From: Lophium mytilinum
Lineage: Eukaryota
Direction of reading: 5' to 3'
Assembly: GCA_010093605.1 (NCBI GenBank)
Contig: MU004183.1
Location: 1 to 64,000, forward strand
DNA: 64,000 bases
Notes under the pieces: model-generated
The model's database searches: none
Told to the model about the DNA's origin: nothing
The model's input: the letters and a program-made list of their open reading frames with translations, nothing else
Translations under genes and position numbers: made by a program
Part shown: piece by piece, positions 37,401 through 49,138 of the stretch
How the letters are laid out: every line of letters begins with the position of its first letter
Numbering within the stretch: position 1 is the first letter of the stretch

Positions 37401-38638
37401 ATGCCCCCCAAGCTTAATCCCAAAGACCCGGACTTTATGCTTCGCGTTATGAGAGGCGAAGCTGAAGCAGTCAAGGTCTACTCAGCCCTCCCTAGAGCCG
37501 ACCAAAAGCTCGCTTGTCAGCTCCTTGCAGACATCAAAGACCCTTCTCACCCCCAGCACGCCGCGTGGCAGCAGATGAAGGAAGACGGCAGTTTCGAATC
37601 TGCCAAAGCTACCTTTATGTCCTATGGATCCGCCATGCCCACCACCGACCCTGGCCTCCAAGCTCCCCGACGCCCGAAGGACCCTAATGAAGACCCGAAA
37701 GTGTACCAAGAGAAGCTAGAAGATCTCTTTGAACGCGTGAATAGCGATCCGGACGCATGCATCTGGGACGAGCTAAACAACAATACCCGCACTGTTGACT
37801 CCAAGACGCGGTCCCGCAAGGTTGACATCAACGATCCCAGTCTTGCGCTTCGACTCCGCCGCAGGTACAGAGATGACGAGGTGGAGGATGAATGGATCAC
37901 AATGTCCAGAGAAGATCAGCGGGCGTTCATCGACCTCATGAAAGACCGTGCCGCGAATCCCAAGGCTGCAAAGCACAAGGGTTTTTGGGATGCCGTGGTT
38001 CATGATCCCGAGACACAGGCACTAGAGACTCAAAGGGTTGCCAACCGCATAGGCATGCCGATCGTGGACATGGGAGGCGGACGCCTAGTTATCAGCGTAG
38101 CGGATCATGATCCTGCGGTGCCTTTTGTTGGAACAGAAGAGCTTGCGAGGGAGATGTGTAAGAGGGTTAACGCCAATCCCAAGGCGCCGTTTCATTTCGA
38201 GTTCACCGGAACAAGCATCAGACTGCTGCCCAAGAACTGGAACCCAGCCACCGAGCCTCTCACCCAGCCTCGTAAGTCTTTCATCGATTTGCAAAAACAT
38301 AAGCTAATCAGTAAATAGAGATCCATAACGCATCTCCCGAGTTTCAACCCATAACCTATGAGCCGGAACATTGCCCTGTTTGCGACCGCACTGGCATCGA
38401 GCTTATTCAGTGCGCCGGTTGCTTCAAGATGCACTACTGCTCGCCAAATTGTGCTGCACTAGACGCCGTCGAGCATGTCAAGAAGTGCACTAATCGTTGC
38501 GGCTCGTGTGGGAAGAAGGGGAACATGCAGGTCTGCGTTGCATGCATCGTGACGAAGTATTGCGGTCTGAATTGTCAAAGAAATGACTGGAGGGTACACA
38601 GATCGGAGTGCCATCAGATAACGGAGGGCAGGGAGTGA
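37401..38638 (+). CDS. zf-MYND paralog C (duplicated N-domain + two MYND fingers), ~396 aa
   Basis: Exons 37401-38271 and 38319-38638 (phase 1), with CPVC..CAGC..YCSPNC and CGSC..CVAC..YCGLNCQRNDWRVHRSEC. Colinear with paralog A (PSHPQH, QR(I/V)AN..GMPI.D.G.G.LVI, NANP.A.F). Confidence 0.92.
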
Positions 38639-39124
38639 AGAGAAAGAGGGCCTGGCGTGAGGATTGCCCTGAGAGTCAGGTCTCGAAGGCATGGTATTGC
38701 GAGAAATACCTCCATAACTACGTTTGCCGTCCTGAGCACTGAATGGTAGCACATTAGGTATCAGTCGCAGCGAATCCTAGATTACCATGCTCAGACCTTC
38801 ATTTTGACAGTCGTGATATGGCTTGAATAGCCCTGGACCTTCGCGGGCTTCATAGCTGACAAAGTCGCATCTCAAACCCGCTAATTTAGGCATTGTCTGA
38901 GATGAGTCTTCATATTGGCATAATCTGTTTTGTAAAGTGACACATGGACGAAGCTCTCATGGCGCCCCTCGCCTTACTACCTGACTTGAGACAGTGATGT
39001 CAAAACCAAGCATTTGATATCAAGCCAGTGGGCCAGCTCACTCATAAGAACAACCCAATTCACCACTAGAACGAAATGACTGCAAGGCCTGTGCAGGGTT
39101 TTTAATGCATCTACAGTATAAAAT

Positions 39125-39758
39125 GGCCGGTGCTAGGTGTACAACCCCTTTTTGCTGCTTGTACGATGGATTTGTGCTGCCCGTACAACCACCCCCCTAG
39201 CAGACCTTTCACCGCGTTTTAATTAGCTCGCTTAAAGGCCCGACTCCTCTAAAGCTATAGAAGATTTACCTAAAACCTTAACTACCTGCGGCCTTACTAA
39301 GAATATACGTCTAAATACTAAGGTAGACCTCGGGCGAAAGGTTACGCTACTAGAAGCGCAGGTACAGGGTTTCCAGCCTGTTGCAGGAAGTATAGCGCAG
39401 TTAACAGGCCAACAGCAGCCTTATAAGGCAGCTTATTAGGTAGCTAATAAGGATTATAATAAGTATGTAACTTTATATAGTGCTTATAGGCCGGCGGCGA
39501 TAGAAAGATAGTTACTATTAGGTGCAAAATTAATAGTTTAGGTATTCCCCTAGGCTGGTAGGCACATAGGTATACTAAATAGGAAAATTATAGATAAAAC
39601 AGGAAGGCTGCACGTGCAGATAGTAAAGGCCCGGAGGAAGCCCCGAGCCCTTCGAGCCAATTAAATCGCGGTGAAAGGTCTGCTAGGGGGGTGGTCGTAC
39701 GGGCAGCAAAAATCCATCGTACGAGCAGCAAAAAGAGGTCGTACACCTAGCACCGGCC
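39125..39758. mobile_element. Non-autonomous TIR element (MITE, probably Mutator-like), 634 bp
   Basis: ~105-bp TIRs GGCCGGTGCTAGGTGTAC...ACCCCCCTAGCAGACCTTTCACCGCG. 8-bp TSD TATAAAAT (39117-39124 / 39759-39766). Interior shows RIP-like composition. Confidence 0.92.
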
Positions 39759-39870
39759 TATAAAATCATATGTCTATTGCAACTTAGGCACCCTGACCGG
39801 ACGTCCTCTTTTACAAACACATCACACCACAAAATCGCCTACCAAGCAACTCCATTCAGTTTCCATCACA

Positions 39871-40531
39871 ATGCCTCCAAAGCCCGACGTCCACGACCCA
39901 AACACCATTGCCACGTTCCTCGCAATGCCCGGCTCCGGCCCAGAGGAATTTGAGCTTCTGTCCATCCCCGAGATCAACGAACTCCGATCCCTCATGCGTG
40001 CCGCCCTCATTCACGACTAGAATATGTTCGTGGCGTGGTTGGAAGCCAACGCAAACAACCCCCTCTTCCGGCCCGAGATGATGCAGCACATAGCAAATTA
40101 TTGCGACGTGCAGGTCACCGACGGCGTACCACTCAGCTATCTGAAAGTCTTGAATGCGGGAGACACAGGGGAGGGGCCGCCGAGAGAGTGCGTCGCAAGT
40201 GTCGTTCTGGAGCCGCCCCGGGTAATCGCTACGCCTCCGGATGGTGGTAAGTGGCCTACTATGCTGGGAGGTAGAAGAGTGTGAGCTGATCATGGGCGTA
40301 GTTCACGTCGACCCGGATTTCAAGGCGAAGACATATTATCCAGACCCCTCGTACGAGTGCAAGATTTGTCGTGTGCCACTTTCACTGCGGTTGTGCTCCG
40401 GTTGTGAGAAGTGCTGGTATTGCACCACGAGGTGCCAGAAGGAGGATTGGAAGCGCCACAAGGCGGAGTGCAAGCGGGCTCAGGCTGAGAAACGTCAGGA
40501 TAAGAATGCTGGAGAGTGCACGAAGGCTTAG
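39871..40531 (+). pseudogene. zf-MYND paralog D (single N-domain + one MYND finger) with one in-frame TAG
   Basis: ATG 39871 MPPKPDVHDP...AALIHD*NMFVAW (TAG 40018-40020). Phase-1 intron 40247-40301, then VHVDPDFKAKTYYP..CKIC..CSGC..YCTTRCQKEDWKRHKAEC. Confidence 0.85.
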
Positions 40532-41143
40532 GGTCGCTAGTTCGTGGGATTTCGATAGCTTTCGAGATGCTGAGGGTTTTGCGGTTCCGGCAAGAGCCAG
40601 TTCGGGCCAGGGTTTGTGAGCGTCTGGTCTTCATCTAAAAGATACCCAGCTATGCTATGCCTGACGGAGGCATTCCGCCACCTCAATGGCATTACGGTAG
40701 CATTGGCGTTGGCAGTGTTAACAGTAGCCTCACATAGTCTCATAGAGGCTTCCTAATCACTACGGATCTCACAGCTTGTTACCATGGGTCATTAACGTGA
40801 ACAGCGGTTCGATGCCCTTAAGATAGATCCAGAAGTCTGCCCTAACTATTCCTTCCTACCCGTCCTGAAGCCGCAGAATACGGAATAACAAATGAGAAAT
40901 CGGAAAATAAAGCAGATGAACGGGCGACATGCTCTCGAAACTTTGGAATCAGGATATGTAACTTCGCAAGGCAGAACAGCTGACCATACTCTTCACGAGT
41001 GCGAAAAATAAGCATCGAATATCATAGGGATCTATGGGAGCTCAGATCCGACTTGTTGAGTGATACAGCGCACCGGATATCAGTGCACTCCCCGGCCCTA
41101 CCGTTGGGAAGAATAGCATGATTCCAGCTCTAAGCACTAAGAG

Positions 41144-44100
41144 TCATACCTGCCGAAGCTCTTCTGACAAGGGATGTTCTTCATCCCTGGGCACTGTCGC
41201 TGATAGACGGCGTCGATTTCGCCGCAAAGCCTGGAAGGCCCTCGCTGGTAACCTTATTATCGCTGTCGCCCATCTGACTAGCAACGCAAGATCGCCCAAG
41301 TATGTGTCGTCGGTCATGATGCTGGAAGAAATCTCTACAAGACGTCGATATGCTGTCCAGAACTGGAGAGGAGACATCTCCGGACGCCATCCATCCTCAA
41401 ATGTAGCGACCCACGCGTTGTGTGCCCTCGGCACGACAACAAAATAGAAGATCCCAACCAGCGGATATATTGAGGTCGCTAGCACCATGATACATAGATA
41501 AACACCAAAACTTCTCGATATATAGTCTTTGGCCGCGGACTCAAATGGGGTGAATGTCTTACTATTGGTGAAATCCATGTCGCTCACTTGTATGAAAACA
41601 CCTATTCCCCAGGTGGAGGTGTACCAGACTAGGAGAGGCAGATGGATGATGTCTACGTAGGAGATGAGAGGCGGTATGTAGGATACAAACCAAATGATGT
41701 AGAGAGTCATTTCCTTCGCATCGAGATGGTACCAGAAATAATAAAGGCCCATGCCTGGTGCGAGCGAGGGGAAGATGTGATATATGGACACGAAAAGGAA
41801 GTAGAACCAGAGCTGATGTTTGTACTTCGTGGACGGCGCGCCATATGGGTGCATAGGACGACGATGGAGGCGGCTTTCCGTTGTGTGAAAGTCTGAAAAC
41901 GGCGTTGGTTAGTGAGTTCTATAGCGTTTGCTGTTATTGCAGACGTCATTCCGCCGTATCATCAGGCAAGAAAGATGAAGACGAAGAGGAGATGAAGCGT
42001 GTTACGAACCTGCATCGATATGAAGCTGCCAGGGTCCCAGAATACTCTGGCCGAGTACATGATACTCATCCACCTGTCCAACGTGGGTATTGAGAGAATC
42101 GCAGACCTGCAACTTGAGAGGACAATCATATCTGGCATTCATGAGTACTGGTAGGGCATTCGATGCCCTATGAATCTCGGGTGTCCAATCGGTAAGGAGA
42201 CAAGCTCCCCTGATATCGCCACATTGAGGCACTGCATCTTTGCAAAAGGTCCTTTCGATCAAGACGCAAAAAGAGGCATATTTTCCGAAATCAATAGAAT
42301 CATCTTCTTTTCTGTATATTTCAACTCTGTACTGGATTCCTGTGATCAAATCCCTAATCACGATATTGCGGAAGCGAATATCCATAGACATGTTAACGTA
42401 GAGGAGCGTTGACTCATTCAGGGCGTGATCTCTACTGCTTAAACTTAGAGAGTCTTCAGTCAGCTCCATGGAAGGCTGGTTCAAGTGGCTTGCGCTTGGC
42501 TCCGTTGGCACCCATCGATTAGCGTGATCCTGGCCGCACCTCGATCTTGGGCCTGTGTTGTAAAGGAGAGATACGGGGAGCTTTGGGCCAACACTCCAGA
42601 GGAAAGTCTTCATCTTTTTTTCATGCGAGGCTTGATGTATGAGGGCGTAGGAATTAAGGTCCAGCAGGTTAGCCAAGATCAGACACAAATCGTCCCTCTT
42701 CGTTGTGGTCCGAAAACGAAGCGTATTCCAAACCGAGAGGAACTGCTCGTAGAAAGCGTCTGGTTTGGCTAGTCCGGAGAAATCACGAGAACCTCGCTCC
42801 CAGAAAGACCTCGAGAATGATTCCTGGACTTTTGTTCGTAGGTCAAGATTGACTCGGTCTGCAACAAGTTTAGGCAAGGGCCTTTTTCGACGGCCCTTGT
42901 GCCTGCTCCACAGTAACGAGCGCGTCTCTTTCAATGACTCTCTTGCCCAATGACTAAACTCAGAGGGTAGGATACGCAATATCATAGTCATCGCGCTCAC
43001 TCGTCCATAATACATGTCTCGATAGGATGGAGGGCCAGTGTCTAGGTCGAAAATTCCATCGCCCAGCTGAAATCTGCGAGACCGAGCGAGTTCACCCTCT
43101 TGTAAAGTCCAGCAGCGAGTGTTCCACGCGCAGCATAAAATATGGCCTAGAATTTCTGACTCCTGCGATGCTCCCATGCGAAGTTCTTGCAGCTCTGAGT
43201 CGAGGACTAGCACTTGGGAAGCCGCAGCATAAATCAAAGCCATTTGATTAATAGCTTTACTTCGAAGATCTGCATACTCGTGGCCGACGGGAATGCAAAG
43301 TGTGTCCATCCAGAAGAGCTTCTTCCTGCTACCCATGCGAAACCCAGATCGACGTGCCATGTGGACGCTCAGCGCCACTAAGCCGGTGAGCCATCGCGAA
43401 GGGTGTTCCTTAGAAGACGGAGGAAGGCGATCTAAGGAGCGATGGATTCGCCTGAGTACACACTGGGGTAACGCGTTATCAGTGGGGTTCCCCATGCCGT
43501 CTGACCAAACGTGGGAAATGGCAACGTAAGAGCTGGTGGCTTCTAGCTTTTCAACCTCGAGACGAAGCCCCTGTGGATGCTCCGTGATGGATATCAGTGG
43601 TACACCGCCTTCTTGGATGATTTGCCGTAAGCGCTCAACATCTACTCGAACCGGGAATTGGGAACATTGGCAGCGGCCGCAGTCCATAGGACGGGGCGGC
43701 CCCAGAGAATTGCCTTCTTGAGCGGAGCAACGACATTTTGAGCAGACATGCTTCGTGGGGTAGGTATCCATATCGATGTTATTAGCAATGCAGCTATTGC
43801 GCGTGCAACGACTGTGGGTGAGCTCCGGTCTATATCGACGATGAAGCTGAGAAAGATAATACACGACCGCGATGTGGTGTCGAGAGCATAAGTGAAATGC
43901 TTGGAAGGGACACCATCCAGCATCTGTCATTCTTGTTATCAAGAAGCGTGTGGCTGGTGAGAGTTTGCTTGCTGAGTTTGAGGGGTCTAAAGCTGGGATG
44001 ACTGAGCTCGGATGTTGGTGCTTCGGGAACATATATACCGACAATGCATACATCAGCACTTTGATTGACAGAGTGATGGTCGCCAGAGGACTCTCGAGGG

Positions 44101-44527
44101 CAATTTGCGTGTCAGCACGCAAAATGTGCTCTCCAGCTATTTCTAACGTGAGCCAGAAGCGCCACGTTCTGTCAGAAGATGACATGTTCAGACCGGCAAG
44201 TAGGCTGGGGCTCCATAGACGCTTAGTCTCGACGATGGTGACAGTGGATCCATCGGGAAGCGACTTTTGCTTGGTAAACTCTCTGTGGTCAAATGTATAC
44301 CCGAGAAACTCAGATATAAGTCCGAAATATAGCCATGATTGTAGAAGGGACGCAACCTTCTGAGTATTGTCACACTGGAAGTCCACTTGTCCTCGCTCTA
44401 TCGCGAACCCACAGTGGGTGGGAAAGAGAGCGAAGGTTCCGAGTCTCTCATACGGGACGATTGATTCAGCCAGCGGGACTTCGATCGGAGCAAGTACGCC
44501 GCCAGGCGGCTGTGGCATGAAGTCCAT
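41144..44527 (-). CDS. HET-domain (heterokaryon incompatibility, PF06985-like) protein with C-terminal multi-pass membrane region, ~1088 aa
   Basis: Exon 44527-42010 (MDFMPQP..., LQSWLYFGL, YVAISHVWSDGMGN, FWMDTLCIP, AINQMALIYAAA..VLVLD, WNTRCWTLQEG). Intron 42009-41893 (GTTCGT..CTAAC..CAG) joins in frame to the hydrophobic 41144-41854 ORF. Confidence 0.9.
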
Positions 44528-44704
44528 TGAGGTGTTTCTCTGTGCCCCGGACCTGGGCACGTGCAAATATGAAGAGGGTAGACAAGAGCCACAAATCCCA
44601 AATGACCACTGGCTCGTGCTGAAATGGGAGTCAAAGTATGTTCAGGATAAGAGATTCCAAGGCTGGAGAAGACACGAAGCGTCGAAGAGTTGACGTTACC
44701 TAGG

Positions 44705-45360
44705 CGGAGTGGATCCGGAGCGTACAGTCGGAAAGTACAGTAGCCGGCGTACAGTGGGCCTCGTACAGTCCTGTGCACGCGTTTATTGTATTACGTCTAT
44801 ATATATTACATCCTCCGCAGCTTATCTTACTACGCCGTGCGTATATTACATCACAGTCTTAAACTACAAAACTAAACCGTCTATAAAGGCTTGTACGCCT
44901 AGTACATACGCCTAATAGGTAACCTTAATATTATTATTTTTCTATTCTTTACCTCCTTAGCCTTCCTAGGCTGCGCGCCTCTAAATACTAGAAAAGCTAT
45001 AACTCTGGGGAAAAGTAAGGAAACAAGGCTAATAAGTCAAGTGTTCCTAAGCGGTAGTAACCTTTAACTTCGCGTACTAATAAGGCCTAAGCGCAGCCCG
45101 TATAAAATCTAAAGAGGCTAAGGAGTTAAGAAAGGGTAATTAAGGGGTGATTAAGGTTAATAGGCGTACATCTAAGGTGTAGATAGTAGGGTTAACTTTT
45201 AAACTTTAAGGTTGTGATTATATATACTCGCGACATAATAAAAGAAACTGAGTGGAATATAGTATATACGCAGTGTGATACAATAAACCCGTGCAACTGT
45301 ACGAGCCCCACTGTACGCTGGCTACTGTACTTTCCGACTGTACGCTCCGAATCCACTCCG
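44705..45360. mobile_element. Non-autonomous Mutator-like foldback element (MITE), 656 bp
   Basis: TIRs CGGAGTGGAT(C/T)CGGAGCGTACAGTCGGAAAGTACAGTAGCC... 9-bp TSD TTACCTAGG (44696-44704 / 45361-45369); an 11-bp TSD with GG..CC ends also fits. Confidence 0.93.
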
Positions 45361-45946
45361 TTACCTAGGCTGAATCACATATGCGGGGAGTTGATCACAT
45401 GACCCGTAGCCTCCAAACTGACCATATACTCCTACATGAACATTCAGCTTCGCCGAGGAAATCCCCTTGCGATTTCCGATAATGACATGCGTAATAAAAT
45501 ACTACACGATTCTTTCCCACTGGTTGGTCACATGACCGTGTCCGGACGTTGCAGCCTTGCTCCTTGGGGTATCTGAGCTTAAGGTCAAGTAAGCGAGAGT
45601 AAGAGTTCTGTACGAAGTAGTCATTGTTATGAAGTCGGAGGAGTCCGACAGGCCGAAGTGAACTGCGTGGACACGATTGGGAAACTGGCGGAGCGTAAAG
45701 CTAAAATCCTTGGCCAGCGGTCATTGCCAGGCAAGTTTTCAAAGCTAATTAACAAAGACAGAAAAGATTTCCCTCAGGGCTAAAGTTGAGCATGATGAAT
45801 ATTATCATTCAATTTTCAAAAGACGCCATCGGTCCCCTTTGTATGTATTACAACGCTATTAAATCGCTTCAAATGCGCTACAAAGCAAATTTTCCACACA
45901 CTCAACTCGTCATCTTTCCATATTCATATACGAACTTCCGATGAGA

Positions 45947-46584
45947 TCAGGTGCACTCAGCAGTGACTCCAATGATGCGGTTCGCGATGCAGTCGACGCC
46001 GGCGAGGAGGTAGTCGCAGAGGCTGTTGTAGGGGACACCGGTGTGGGCACTAAGCAGCAGTTAGTCTCAGTACCAAATGGGCTTGAAAAGAAAAAGTTCT
46101 TACACGCAAAGCAAGTTGAGCAGGCACCTATATCCCTGCGCCTGGGCAAGCGGGGTCTTCGCATCAACGAAGTCGCGGATCGATTGAAGCGAGTCCTGGC
46201 AGATGCCGTTGCCGCCGTGAGGATCTTGTTGAGCGTTTCTAAATGTGCGGTCAATTTCCAAGGCTTCAAAGGGCTATACGTGGGGGAGAGAGGAGCTTAC
46301 ACGCAAAGGTTGTCGGCAACAATGTCAAGATCATTGACAGATTCGTGCCCGACCAGGGTGTTCAGGGCGGGTGTGATAATGGTGCCAAGGTGGTCTGCGA
46401 GCGGGAAGGCGAAGGAGAGTGGCTCGCCGGGCGTTAGGGACTTGGAAAGCTTGCAGGTAAGATCTGTGAAGATCTGTGGTGGGTTGCTTGCGTCGTATGT
46501 GAGGTCGCGGCGCTGGGCTGGAGAGGAGGGAGCCGCGAGGGCAACGGAGGAGAAGGCGAGCAAGGAGGCGGTGGAGAAACGCAT
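45947..46584 (-). CDS. Small secreted cysteine-rich protein (173 aa, 8 Cys), effector-like
   Basis: Exons 46584-46301, 46238-46104 and 46049-45947 join in frame. Signal peptide MRFSTASLLAFSSVALA, propeptide ending QRR, C-terminus ...LCDYLLAGVDCIANRIIGVTAECT*. Confidence 0.88.
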
Positions 46585-49138
46585 CTTGATAGGCTATGGG
46601 GAGGAGGGGGACTGAGGGGATTGATTGGTTTGTGAGGAGGTAAGGGTACTGTAGTGATGAGGTGTTGAGAGGGAGTAATGGGATTTTGATGTTGATTTGA
46701 GAGAGCTGATCTCTTCTCCCTTTATACGGCACAGTTCACATGGGACTTCTAAGATCCACCTGCGCGCTGCATGCAATCGTCATTCTAATTAACGTTTTGA
46801 TTAAGCTACCGAGCAAACAGCGGCCCGGGAGAGATCCGCGGCGAGGACCTTGGAAATGGTCCTGACTCCAGGATGCCGGGAAAAGGATCGTCATGATTGA
46901 CGTGAGGTGCGCAAGGATTCCGATTGGCTTTGTGGGGTCGACGACTCGACGTGTCTTCATGAGGAAGGAAACAGTGGGCCGGGATGTGGATTTAGGAGGC
47001 CCATCAGTCGTGTCCGAGAATCCTTCGGAGCTCCGTTTCTTGGATGAGGCAGAGGAGCGGGTATGAGCATGAAGATCTTGTCTGAACTAAAGTCGTCGGT
47101 GTGCACAGGCTTGGACGAATCGAGAACTAGCAAGGTACCAGCCCTGGAGACTCTCGCCAAGTTAGACTTTAGAGATTGACTAGTGGCGTCACGGAGGCTG
47201 CGGCTGGCGGGGTCCCATAGGGTCGCCAGCTGGGACAAGGTGGCGTGGCGCGGGTACATCCAAATCCGGTCCAGCAGGGTCTAACGTGGAAGGGCAGGCC
47301 TTGCTCGGATCCTCAACTGTGGGTTTCAGGAGTCCACAAGTCACGGAGCGGAAGGTGGCATAGGGACAGTAAAGAGTCGTACCCGGTGGTATCCATGAAT
47401 CGAGTCGGCCCGGCCTTGTGAATGGGTAACGCCTGTGTGGAAGTCTCCGACCGCTCAAGCCCTCGGAGACGCTCTCTCTCTCATATTACGCTGCAGTTCA
47501 GTTGATTGACGCTGCATATGGAGGTAGCAGAGATAGAGGTAGGCTCGGGACGGGACCTAAAAGGGGAAAATCAAGCTCCCGCAGCGGGCGTCGAGCTAGT
47601 GCCGTCGCTCGCTAAGACTAAGCTCCCGCTAACCAGGCTGGGCATGACGGCTGAGTCCGAGTCCCGCAGATGACGTACGGTATGATGATGTGGCAGCCGT
47701 CGTCCCACCTTGACTAGCGCTGTGGCGCCCACGCCCAGGAGAAGACACTGAAAGAGTCCAGCGACAGGCGCCACAGCTGCATGCAACCTTAAGCATAAAC
47801 AATCCTCGGGTCCAGGGTCTAGTGCCATGAGCAAATCGTTCGAAGTCCCGAAGCGGTAGAGCCGATAGTGGTTGTATTTTCAATGTTACTTTGTTTTATG
47901 TGCTCAATGCTTTGTTTCATGTGCTCAATGCTTTGTTTCCAGACGCTACTGATAGTAGCCAGGGAAGTCCATTAGTATTATATATCAAATAATGCACCTT
48001 TATCCCTAATATCCATAACAATGTATAAACGAGCAGATCCACTTTTAGCTGGTTAGAACATATAAAAGTACTAATGATGTTTTAAAATTAAATGCATGAG
48101 TAACATTCAAAGATAAAATTCAGAGTTCCGCTCAGCCAATTGAGCTTCTTGAGCTTTCTTTTATATTTAAACATTGAGCTTATTGAGCTTTTTTTATTTA
48201 AACATAGAGTTTATAATAATAACAATGCGAATGAGAAGAAAACTTTACATTAGGCTAGAGATTCTTTGCCGTTTCATGACCTTCTCTCCAATGCATCTCT
48301 CTATTTGGGGATACGGTAGGGTGGCAGGCGCTCGTGTCCACCGTTCGAGTCGCAAGCACGAGGTTAAAGTCTCCTCTGCGGTGCCGTCTAGTTCAAAGAA
48401 GTTCATGGCAAGTAAAGTCGTTCAACATTAAAATGGAGCGGAGGTGGTGATCGTGCAGGGCACAAAACATGCGCGGGGAAGACGGTTTTATATCGCACGT
48501 AGATGGGATTATTCGCAATCGATCTTCGCTATGGCGTATCTGTTCGTTTCACCCCAATCGTTACATTCGCGCCTCATGTCACATACTTCGCTTTCCTAGC
48601 CTCGTATGAACATATCCCACCTCCAGCTTCGTACGACCCGTATTATGGCATGGATCTGACGGCCTTTTGATAGCTTGAAAGGGCGGCTCCTTTCGACTTC
48701 CGAGGAGTGTCTGCTAATATGTGTAAAGTCTCGCCATGAACAGAGTCAAATGCTGCCTCCTCAAACACCTACATGCTACACAAACATTCGTAGACTATTC
48801 AAGCTCAGTATCGACACAAGGCTGCTAAACGTGGACGGGTCATGTGACCTGAACCACCTTCTCGCAAATCAACTTCAGAAAAACACTACCATAAACTAGA
48901 ATCTCAATGCCGAGGCAGAATTGGCCCTTTTCTAAACTCAAAATACCATCCGTAGGTTCATCTTAGAATACCCTCATTGGATAGGGGAGCTGGGAGATGC
49001 TCCATGACGGGCTTCGCCTCGGCGACAGGGATTCGCGTCATCTCCAACTTGAGCCTCTCTGCCTGTCCTGCCATCCCTTTACGTCCCGCACTTCGTCAAA
49101 CACCCCTCGAGCCCCAACGGCCGCTATCAGCATTCTCC

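Noticed and set aside
46950..47880. Short minus-strand Pro-rich ORFs
   Set aside because: No consistent frame, splice model or domain; possibly a decayed gene but unsupported.
47885..48210. 21-bp tandem repeat (atgtgctcaatgctttgtttc) and a ~33-bp duplication in an AT-rich patch
   Set aside because: No TIR, TSD or coding signal; treated as local slippage or an unidentifiable relic.
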